Below are positions 34,293-41,148 of a DNA stretch of 41,148 nt, piece by piece (within the stretch, counting starts at the first letter, position 1; every line of letters starts with the position of its first letter). Origin of the DNA: a virus (taxonomy: Duplodnaviria > Caudoviricetes); IMG/VR virus record IMGVR_UViG_3300033480_000009, positions 1 to 41,148 of that record; one strand, given 5' to 3'. The notes under the pieces were generated by a model. The model did no database searches. It was not told the origin of the DNA and saw nothing but the letters and a program-made list of their open reading frames with translations. Made by a program: the position numbers and the translations under genes.

Positions 34293-35958
34293 CCGCAATA
34301 CCTGCAGCGCGCAGCCGAGCTTCGACGCGCTCACGCAACGCATCGGCTTCGGAGCGGCCGAGCGCCTGCGCGCTCAGTACGTCCGTTCCAAATTCATGAT
34401 ACCACTCACGCTGTGCGCGCCCCAGGTCGGCACCGGCCGCAACGCGCCAGCCGCCGTACACCGCCATCACCTCACGTAGCGCACGTTGCGCGTCCTGGCG
34501 CTCGCGGTGGCGCTTCATTACTGCGCCGTGGATCGCTGGTGTTGCACCAAACGGAACAACCGGCGCACCGTCCACACGGGCGACTTCGCCCTGCATCTGC
34601 GCCAGCGCTTGCGGATCGAGTTCGGCCAGTTCGCCGTCCACCATCTCGGGGGCGCTACGTCCTGCCGGTTCAGTCGTATTCTTGCAGTATGGACAGGTGC
34701 GGCCAAGTACGCGCTCGTACATTTGCAAGCACGATGGGCATGTTGTGAGCGCGATCTGCGGCGCTTTACTGGATGTGCGTCGTTCGCGCCGGTCGAGTGA
34801 CCATTCGCGTTCGCCAACACTGATGTACCATTCGCCGGTTGCCGGGCATTGCTTCGCCGTGCAGTGCCGTTGCGTGTTGCCAACGTGGTCGATCACAATC
34901 CCGCAGTCTTTGCCCGCTAGAATGCGCTTCACGCGGCCAATCTGCTGCGTGGCTAATCCATAGCTCTCAGTGGCGCGGGCCAATGAGATCACCGCAACAT
35001 CCGGCAGGTCGAATCCTTCGCCGGCAATCTCGCACGACACGAGTTGTTGCACGTCGCCTGCGCGGAAGCGACGGAATATGGTGTTTCGCACATCGGCGGG
35101 GGTGTTTCCGGTCACAACTTCGGCAACAACGCCAGCATCACGAAACGCTTGCGCAATCTCGCCCGCACTGAGTACATCCACCGCGAATGTCATCCCGAGT
35201 TTGCCAGGCGCGAGGCGCAAGTAGTGCTGCACCACATCACCAACAATGTGCGACTTGTGCGTCGCGGCGGCCAGCAGCTTCGGACTGTAATCGCCGGACG
35301 CGCCGATGGTCACACCGGACAGATCGAGATCGCTTGGTGGGGCGTAGATTTTGTGCGGTGTGAGGAAGCCCATCAACTCGATCTCGCGGGCGGTCGGGCC
35401 TTCGATGAGAATGTCGAATACGCCGTCCGCGTGACGACCGAGGCCTTTGCCGTCGGCACGTAGCGGCGTTGCGGTCAGGCCGAGGCCGCGGGCGTTGTGG
35501 AACATCTCCAAGGCGCGGCCCCACTTGTTGCTGCGGAGGAGGTGATGACTTTCATCAGTTACAGCCAACCGCACCGATTGAATCCACGGATCGTGCGCTG
35601 GAAGCCCAACGAGAGTATCGACCGATGCGATTGCAACACGCGCGTTCGGGTCAACGTGATCGTACAACCCCTCGGATATGTGTCGCCTGGAACACTCGCG
35701 CCGAAGCGCCGGCTGCCCGATGACGCGATGGCGCACGCCGTTGCGGGCCAGCGCAAGCGACTCGCCCGAGATGAGTTCGGAACGGTGCGCAATGAACACG
35801 CTCGCTGCGCTCTCGTTGTGGATGACGTGCGCCGCGATGACCGACTTACCTGCACCGCACGCTGCAACGCCGAGCACGTCTCGCGCCCCTGCCGACCACG
35901 CTTCGTTGAAGTCGTGGATCATTTTCGCTTGGAAATCTCTGAGTTTGGTTATTGGCAT
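34267..35958 (-). CDS. SF2 DEAD/DEAH-like helicase
   Basis: LRDFQ, CGAGKS, DESHH, LTATP, EGFDLPD, QQIGR; C-terminal Zn finger. Confidence 0.9.
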   Translation of the reverse strand: MPITKLRDFQAKMIHDFNEAWSAGARDVLGVAACGAGKSVIAAHVIHNESAASVFIAHRSELISGESLALARNGVRHRVIGQPALRRECSRRHISEGLYDHVDPNARVAIASVDTLVGLPAHDPWIQSVRLAVTDESHHLLRSNKWGRALEMFHNARGLGLTATPLRADGKGLGRHADGVFDILIEGPTAREIELMGFLTPHKIYAPPSDLDLSGVTIGASGDYSPKLLAAATHKSHIVGDVVQHYLRLAPGKLGMTFAVDVLSAGEIAQAFRDAGVVAEVVTGNTPADVRNTIFRRFRAGDVQQLVSCEIAGEGFDLPDVAVISLARATESYGLATQQIGRVKRILAGKDCGIVIDHVGNTQRHCTAKQCPATGEWYISVGEREWSLDRRERRTSSKAPQIALTTCPSCLQMYERVLGRTCPYCKNTTEPAGRSAPEMVDGELAELDPQALAQMQGEVARVDGAPVVPFGATPAIHGAVMKRHRERQDAQRALREVMAVYGGWRVAAGADLGRAQREWYHEFGTDVLSAQALGRSEADALRERVEARLRAAGIAVDKTVSLG

Positions 35959-35959
35959 G

Positions 35960-36154
35960 TTACGTGTTCTCGCTTTCCGCCAAGTACGCGCCGTACTCTA
36001 TGAAGTTGTATGCGTATTCGCGTGCTTCTTCAGTTAGTCGTTCGTCGCGCTCGTCCAACGTCATTTTGCCCCATTCGGCGTCATCAATTTCAATTACGTC
36101 CTCATGTTGACAACCCACGAGTCCGATACTCACAAACAGTTTAATTTTCGGCAT
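35960..36154 (-). CDS. Hypothetical protein
   Basis: GAGGAG RBS; acidic. Confidence 0.65.
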   Translation of the reverse strand: MPKIKLFVSIGLVGCQHEDVIEIDDAEWGKMTLDERDERLTEEAREYAYNFIEYGAYLAESENT

Positions 36155-36189
36155 TTCGATGACTCCTCAGCACCTTCTCCAAGTAACAG

Positions 36190-36218
36190 TTGACATATTG
36201 GTCAATATACCGTAATCT
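36190..36218 (+). promoter_or_regulatory. Sigma70-like promoter with TTGAC-N6-GTCAA palindrome
   Basis: TTGACA-tattgGTCAAtataccg(17)-TAATCT in a divergent intergenic gap. Confidence 0.75.
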
Positions 36219-36250
36219 GAGAATCGTTGCAACCAATCAGGAGAAATAAA

Positions 36251-36397
36251 TTGAACCCAATCGAACAAGCGCGAGCTGAGATTGAGGCCGAGCGGTTCCG
36301 CAATGCAGTAGAAGTGGAGAAGCATCGGCTGCGCAACAAGCGGCCATGGTGGACCAAGTTGTTCCCGTTTACAATTAAAATCGAAAGGAGAAAGTGA
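36251..36397 (+). CDS. 48-aa hypothetical protein
   Basis: AGGAG RBS, TTG start, MNPIEQARAEIEAERF. Confidence 0.55.
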   Translation: MNPIEQARAEIEAERFRNAVEVEKHRLRNKRPWWTKLFPFTIKIERRK

Positions 36398-36582
36398 TGT
36401 TCGACATCAAGAAAGTGAAAGAAGAAGCCCGTCTGGAGATTTCCAAGGAAAAGGGCGAGAAAGCCAAGACGGCGCTGGTCAAGAAATTGCGCGACCTCGA
36501 CGCTGCCGAGCGAGTTGTGGCCAACCTCAAGCGTGAAGTGCAGGATCTCGAAGCGAGCATTGAAGATGGTTCGTTCGCCTGA
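36397..36582 (+). CDS. Coiled-coil hypothetical protein
   Basis: AAGGAG RBS. Confidence 0.6.
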   Translation: MFDIKKVKEEARLEISKEKGEKAKTALVKKLRDLDAAERVVANLKREVQDLEASIEDGSFA

Positions 36583-37162
36583 AGAATACGTGGTCAAGAG
36601 TCGGCCCTGCAAAGTGTTCTGGTTGGGGTTTGAATCCAACACGTTTGCATTGCAGCAAGCGGGTTGGGAACTCGCCACTGAGCAACACTTTGAGGAGATG
36701 CGCATTCGCTTATTGATGCGTCATCAAGACCTCAGACTGTACGCATTCAGTGAATTCAGCAGCTTTGACTTCTTCAGGTACGCGAAAGATGCGAGCTACG
36801 CGCTTCCAACATTTCGAGTAATTCATGCCGCGCCTCGAATTGAAGTGGTACGTGCGATGGACTCATTCGGCATGTTCAAACAAATTGATGCTCGACCGAG
36901 CGTCGGTCCATTTGAGCCGAAGAGTATTGAGGACTTTGGCATCTTCAACACACCACTGGCGCGTACTGAAGAGATCATCGTAGACCCTGGCGAAGTGTCT
37001 GACATCTTGCAGAAATTGCTGGAAATGCAATCACCTGAACAGAAGGCGATTCGGGAACGTAATCGGGCGCGAGAGCGTCGCGGTGAAGTGCCCGAAGCTG
37101 GGCCGACACAAAAGTTTCATGCACAAATCATCAGCTTGGATTCTGTCCGGGCTGCCGCATAG
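36566..37162 (+). CDS. Hypothetical protein
   Basis: Start MVRSPEEY overlaps the upstream gene. Confidence 0.65.
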   Translation: MVRSPEEYVVKSRPCKVFWLGFESNTFALQQAGWELATEQHFEEMRIRLLMRHQDLRLYAFSEFSSFDFFRYAKDASYALPTFRVIHAAPRIEVVRAMDSFGMFKQIDARPSVGPFEPKSIEDFGIFNTPLARTEEIIVDPGEVSDILQKLLEMQSPEQKAIRERNRARERRGEVPEAGPTQKFHAQIISLDSVRAAA

Positions 37163-37171
37163 GAGAAATAA

Positions 37172-38008
37172 ATGGCAATCAAAGTTGAAATTTCCGATGT
37201 AACAAACATGAGCTCGATCGAGCGCACGCTGCTGCGTTTCTTTTTGGGCGAAGCCGACAAGATCGCGGCGGCGAAGGCGCAGGCTGGCGCGGTGCATCTG
37301 CCGCCGATCGAACTGTCTGACGAACTGCGTGACGCTATTGCGCAGAACGCAACGCCCCCGGCGCCACCCGCATTTACGCCAGTTGTTGCCGACGCGACAA
37401 CCGCAGTACCTGCGACCCCTGCTGCCCCACCGGCGCCATCGTTGGCAGAACAATTGGGCCGAGTCGCGGCTTCAGCGCCACCGCCTGAACCGCCCGCGCC
37501 AACCGCCTCAATCACGCACGATTCGCGCGGATTGCCGTGGGACGGACGCATTCACAGCGCGACTCGTTCCAAGCTGCAGAACGGCGAATGGCGCGGCAAG
37601 CGCGGCGTGGATGATGCCGAAATCGCCCGTGTGGAAGCCGAACTGCGCGCTGCGATGGCGAGCGTATCGCCAGCAACGCCAAAAGACCCAGAATGGCCGT
37701 GCGACAATAACCCGAATTGTACCGGGCGCCCCGGTTGCCCGACCTGCGACTCCGCAGCACCCGCAGCACCCGCAGCACCCGCAGCACCTGCAGCACCCGA
37801 TCCAACAGACCAACCCCTGATGTTCCCAGAGTTCATGTTATGGTTGTCACCACTGCTGAAAGATCGCCGTGTGACCGAGATGCAAGTGCGGGAAGTGATC
37901 GGCAAATACGACGTTGCGCATCCCGGCATCTTCCTCACTGTGCCGGAAACGCAACGTCATCTGCCCGCAGTTAAGGCTGACATTGAAAAACTCATCGGAG
38001 GTGTGTAA
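37172..38008 (+). CDS. Hypothetical replication-module protein
   Basis: DSRGLPWDGRIHS..GEWR.KRGVD domain with Pro/Ala linkers, including 9-bp CCGCAGCAC repeats at about 37752-37798. Confidence 0.7.
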   Translation: MAIKVEISDVTNMSSIERTLLRFFLGEADKIAAAKAQAGAVHLPPIELSDELRDAIAQNATPPAPPAFTPVVADATTAVPATPAAPPAPSLAEQLGRVAASAPPPEPPAPTASITHDSRGLPWDGRIHSATRSKLQNGEWRGKRGVDDAEIARVEAELRAAMASVSPATPKDPEWPCDNNPNCTGRPGCPTCDSAAPAAPAAPAAPAAPDPTDQPLMFPEFMLWLSPLLKDRRVTEMQVREVIGKYDVAHPGIFLTVPETQRHLPAVKADIEKLIGGV

Positions 38009-38184
38009 TGAACGTAATGAAATTTCACAAGATCGGCAATCCTACAAAAACGATGCGTGTTCGCATTTCGCAGAAGAAAGCGAACCTGGAGAGCCGGAGC
38101 GAGTCGTCGCGTCAACTCTGCCGCACCGAAGCGATCAAGTTCGCCGCAGGCAAGGGATACACTCGTTCGGGAGGTGCAGCATGA
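38008..38184 (+). CDS. 58-aa basic hypothetical protein
   Basis: GGAGG RBS, coupled at both ends. Confidence 0.4.
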   Translation: MNVMKFHKIGNPTKTMRVRISQKKANLESRSESSRQLCRTEAIKFAAGKGYTRSGGAA

Positions 38185-39287
38185 CGACCCACGCCCCATT
38201 CGCTCCGTCCGGGCTGGCCACAATTGTCGCGTGCCCTGGCGCGTTCAAGATGCGCAAGCTCTATCCTGAGGATGAAGATTCGCCATCTGCCATGGAAGGC
38301 ACGGCGGCGCACTGGGTCGCGTCGGAGATGCTGCTTGGTCGCACACACGCAGTTGGCGAACTCGCTCCGAATGGCGTTGCTGTGACCGAAGAGATGCAGG
38401 ACGGTGCTGAAATGTACGCCGATGCGCTCGCTCCATATCTGGATGGCGGTAAAATCGAAACGCAAGTCTCGTGCGCAGGTATTCATCCAAATTGCTACGG
38501 AACGCCTGACTTCTCTCGGCTCAAGCCCAACACGCTGGTCATTGCGGATTACAAGTTCGGCCATCGTCATGTTGAGGTGTTCGAGAACTGGCAGGAAATC
38601 GCATATGCAAACGGCGAGATGTTCTACTGGCACGGCGAGGGTGAGCTTGAGGTGATCTTCCTGATCATCCAGCCGCGCAGTTACCACCGTGACGGCCCGG
38701 TTCGTGAGTGGCGCACAACGGCGTCCGAACTCGAAGTGTACTGGGACAAGCTCCGCGCTGCGTGCGTCGCCGCCGAGCAACCTGACGCACCGTGTGTCCC
38801 GTCGATCCATTGCCAGGACTGTTCTGCAAACCATGCGTGCGAGGCGCTGCAGCGCGCAGGATACGCCGCGCTGGACATCGCCGGCCAGTCTGCACCACTG
38901 GAACTCACACCAGAGGCTACCGGGCTGGAACTGCGCATTATCGAGTGGGGCATTGAGCGGTTGAAGGCCCGCCAATCCGGCTTGGCCGAACAGGCGCAGG
39001 CAATGCTGCGTTCCGGTACAGCCGTGCCAGGCTACGCGCTCGAAGCAGGCGCTGGGTGTGAGCGTTGGGCTAAACCTGTTGAAGAGGTCGTCGCGCTCGG
39101 GCGCATGATGGAGATCGACATCAGCAAGCCTGGCGCACTCACGCCGAAACAGGCAATCAAAGCGGGCCTGCCTGCAGAGATCGTTCGGGCGTACTCCGAA
39201 ACGCCAGTGGGTGAAGTGAAACTCGTTCGGTCGAACGAGAAGCAGTTGCGTAAAGTGTTTTCAATTAACGTTAGTAAGGAGAAATAG
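38181..39287 (+). CDS. DUF2800 / Cas4-like PD-(D/E)xK exonuclease
   Basis: HAPFAPS..CPG, EGTAAH, GTPD, ADYKFG, IIQPR, HCQDC...C. Confidence 0.85.
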   Translation: MTTHAPFAPSGLATIVACPGAFKMRKLYPEDEDSPSAMEGTAAHWVASEMLLGRTHAVGELAPNGVAVTEEMQDGAEMYADALAPYLDGGKIETQVSCAGIHPNCYGTPDFSRLKPNTLVIADYKFGHRHVEVFENWQEIAYANGEMFYWHGEGELEVIFLIIQPRSYHRDGPVREWRTTASELEVYWDKLRAACVAAEQPDAPCVPSIHCQDCSANHACEALQRAGYAALDIAGQSAPLELTPEATGLELRIIEWGIERLKARQSGLAEQAQAMLRSGTAVPGYALEAGAGCERWAKPVEEVVALGRMMEIDISKPGALTPKQAIKAGLPAEIVRAYSETPVGEVKLVRSNEKQLRKVFSINVSKEK

Positions 39288-39289
39288 AC

Positions 39290-39556
39290 ATGGCACATTC
39301 CAATGACGCAGTATCGCGTATTGCACTGTTGGCTGCACAGGCGGCAAATATTCACGATGAATTCGAGAAGGCGCTCCAACCAGTGATGCGCGCCGAACTC
39401 CCAGTACCACCCGTGCCGCGCAACGACATTGAGGATGATCCGCAGCCAAAGCAAGCTCCATTGCCCACCCTGTTCGCCGATCTGCACGATCAGATGGACA
39501 TTCTCGAACGGCAACTCAACCATATCGCTACGCTCATGAGTCGCGTCGAGCTGTAG
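39290..39556 (+). CDS. Hypothetical protein
   Basis: AAGGAG RBS. Confidence 0.6.
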   Translation: MAHSNDAVSRIALLAAQAANIHDEFEKALQPVMRAELPVPPVPRNDIEDDPQPKQAPLPTLFADLHDQMDILERQLNHIATLMSRVEL

Positions 39557-39559
39557 CAG

Positions 39560-39588
39560 TTGACAATCCCGTCAAAGTACCGTAGCAT
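39560..39588 (+). promoter_or_regulatory. Sigma70-like promoter with TTGAC-N6-GTCAA palindrome
   Basis: TTGACA-atcccGTCAAagtaccg(17)-TAGCAT. Confidence 0.75.
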
Positions 39589-39617
39589 CGAAACCCCAAT
39601 CAACCAAGGAGAAACAA

Positions 39618-40478
39618 ATGCCTGATATTCTTTTCCCGCCAAGCCGTATGATCGGCGGCAGCCTCGACAAACTCAACCCGCGCACCGAAACGAACGGCCA
39701 GCCGAAGATTGGCAAAGACGGCAAGCCTGAAATGCATTGTAGCGTCGGTATCGCCATTCCGAAAGGTCAAGAGAAGCACTGGTCTGAAACCGTATGGGGC
39801 GCAACGATTTTTGAAGCCGGCAAAACCGCGCATCAGAACCTCGTTCAGTCGCCATCGTTCAGCTGGAAGATCACTGACGGCGACTCGAACATCCCGAACA
39901 AAAAGGGCAAGCGTCCATGCGACCAGCCTGGCCAACCCGGCCACTGGGTACTGTGGTTCAATCAAGGCTGGTTGCCGAAACGTTGCAACGCAGACGGCTC
40001 CGTCGAATTGCCCGAAGGTAGTATCCTTCCTGGCGACTACGTGCAGATGTTCGGTTCCGTTGCGGGCAACAAGCCGGTTCCGAACGGTACGCCCGGCGTA
40101 TATCTGAACCCGATCGCAGTTGCACTGATTGGCGAAGGCGACCGCATTGCGTCTGACGTGGACACAACCTCTGTTGGCTTCGGCGCGGCGCAACTTCCGG
40201 CTGGCGCACGCCCTGTTCAGCCTGCTGTTCCGGGGTTCGCACAAGCTGCTGCACCTGCCCCGGCGCCCGCTGCACCCATGGCCGTAACGCCCGCGCCGGG
40301 GTTCCTGCAGCCCGTAGCGCCCGCTCCGGCACCAGCTGCACCAGTCGCGCCGCCCGCCGCACCCGCAGCGCCTGCTGGCCCCCGCATGACTGCCAAGGCC
40401 GGCCAGTTCACCTACGAGCAGATGATCGCCGCAGGCTGGACTGACGAAACGCTGCGTTCCAACGGGTACATGGAGTAA
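39618..40478 (+). CDS. Single-stranded DNA-binding protein (DUF2815-like)
   Basis: FSWKITDGD, PGHWVL, GDYV..N..PGVYLN; Pro/Ala linker plus small C-terminal domain; follows the DUF2800 gene. Confidence 0.75.
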   Translation: MPDILFPPSRMIGGSLDKLNPRTETNGQPKIGKDGKPEMHCSVGIAIPKGQEKHWSETVWGATIFEAGKTAHQNLVQSPSFSWKITDGDSNIPNKKGKRPCDQPGQPGHWVLWFNQGWLPKRCNADGSVELPEGSILPGDYVQMFGSVAGNKPVPNGTPGVYLNPIAVALIGEGDRIASDVDTTSVGFGAAQLPAGARPVQPAVPGFAQAAAPAPAPAAPMAVTPAPGFLQPVAPAPAPAAPVAPPAAPAAPAGPRMTAKAGQFTYEQMIAAGWTDETLRSNGYME

Positions 40479-40525
40479 TCAACCAAGCGGCGCATTGCGC
40501 CGCTGTAACTTGGAGGGAATGAACC

Positions 40526-40774
40526 ATGGGACCAATCCAAGGTCTTGGCTCGGCCGGCTTGCTCGGTATGGCTGCGCAACAACAGTACGACCCGTATGAG
40601 CAGATGCAACGGCAATTGGCAGCGCAACAAGCGGCCGGCATGTTTCCGATTGGCGTGCAGCACGCACGCAACCCAATGTCGAACAAAGTGGCGAGGGACG
40701 ACCCTGCGGTGACGCCCCAGTGCGCAGACGAACATGAACACAACCGTAAACTTTTACTTCTGACGGAGGATTAA
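40526..40774 (+). CDS. Hypothetical protein
   Basis: GGAGG RBS; ends KLLLLTED. Confidence 0.5.
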   Translation: MGPIQGLGSAGLLGMAAQQQYDPYEQMQRQLAAQQAAGMFPIGVQHARNPMSNKVARDDPAVTPQCADEHEHNRKLLLLTED

Positions 40775-41053
40775 ATGAAACTGACCGCGTATTCTGAAAT
40801 TCTGAAGATGACCAAGGAGAAGATCCAGTCCGCACTCGCACCGGCCCGCGCACGTCAAACGCGCATCCAGGGTGAGCTGGAAATGGCAAAACTGGACGAG
40901 CGCATCGCAACGATCGAACAGGAAATCACGGAGCTGTGCGCCGAACATCCGCTGAATTTCGACAAGCTGATCAACAAGATGGACCAACTCGCACTGATCG
41001 AGCGCCGCAAGAAGCAATTCGACAAAGTGATCAAAGAGTTGTTTCCTGAGTAG
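40775..41053 (+). CDS. Coiled-coil hypothetical protein
   Basis: GGAGG RBS. Confidence 0.65.
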   Translation: MKLTAYSEILKMTKEKIQSALAPARARQTRIQGELEMAKLDERIATIEQEITELCAEHPLNFDKLINKMDQLALIERRKKQFDKVIKELFPE

Positions 41054-41059
41054 TGTCAC

Positions 41060-41090
41060 TCAGTAGCGTCTCATTGCGGGGCGTTACTGA
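41060..41090 (+). terminator. Hairpin after last gene
   Basis: TCAGTAGCGTC/GGCGTTACTGA stem with G-U pairs; no clear U tract. Confidence 0.4.
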
Positions 41091-41148
41091 ATTGCCATTA
41101 CCCTGACACACGCATGACACTCCCCATCCCGCCATCCAATATGATCCG

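Noticed and set aside
37752-37798. 9-bp CCGCAGCAC tandem repeat
   Set aside because: It encodes an ordinary Ala-Pro linker and needs no further explanation.

Overview
This is a 41-kb segment of a tailed dsDNA phage, probably podovirus-like with a proteobacterial host. No integrase, lysis, tail-fibre or DNA polymerase gene is visible in the window. (i) 1-19918, minus strand, is the packaging/virion arm: putative TerS, accessory genes (KTSC, HTH-metallophosphoesterase), TerL, portal, scaffold, N4-gp56-like capsid with an inserted domain, adaptor, a sulfotransferase-like gene and three ejection-type proteins. It ends in a PurD-like ATP-grasp gene, missed by the ORF track, that is split by a LAGLIDADG intein ending in Gly-Gln. 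(ii) 19980-20480 is an AT-rich divergent control region with iteron-like repeats and an IHF-like site. (iii) 20491-26796, plus strand, is an array of small early genes. They share a repeated leader (AACAGAGGAG..ACACCATG) and show direct-repeat-flanked units, a chimeric mini-gene and three paralogues with variable Ala-Ala-X repeat tracts. (iv) 26800-27100 is a strongly structured non-coding region containing a tRNA-like fold. (v) 27103-41053 is the replication/metabolism region: stop-interrupted MTase, primase-helicase, TetR-like regulator, dATP/dGTP diphosphohydrolase, Dam, VRR-NUC, RNA ligase, SF2 helicase, DUF2800 nuclease and SSB. Four dispersed promoters share a TGAC-N6-GTCA palindrome. 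Family assignments come from motif recognition by eye; no database searches were run.
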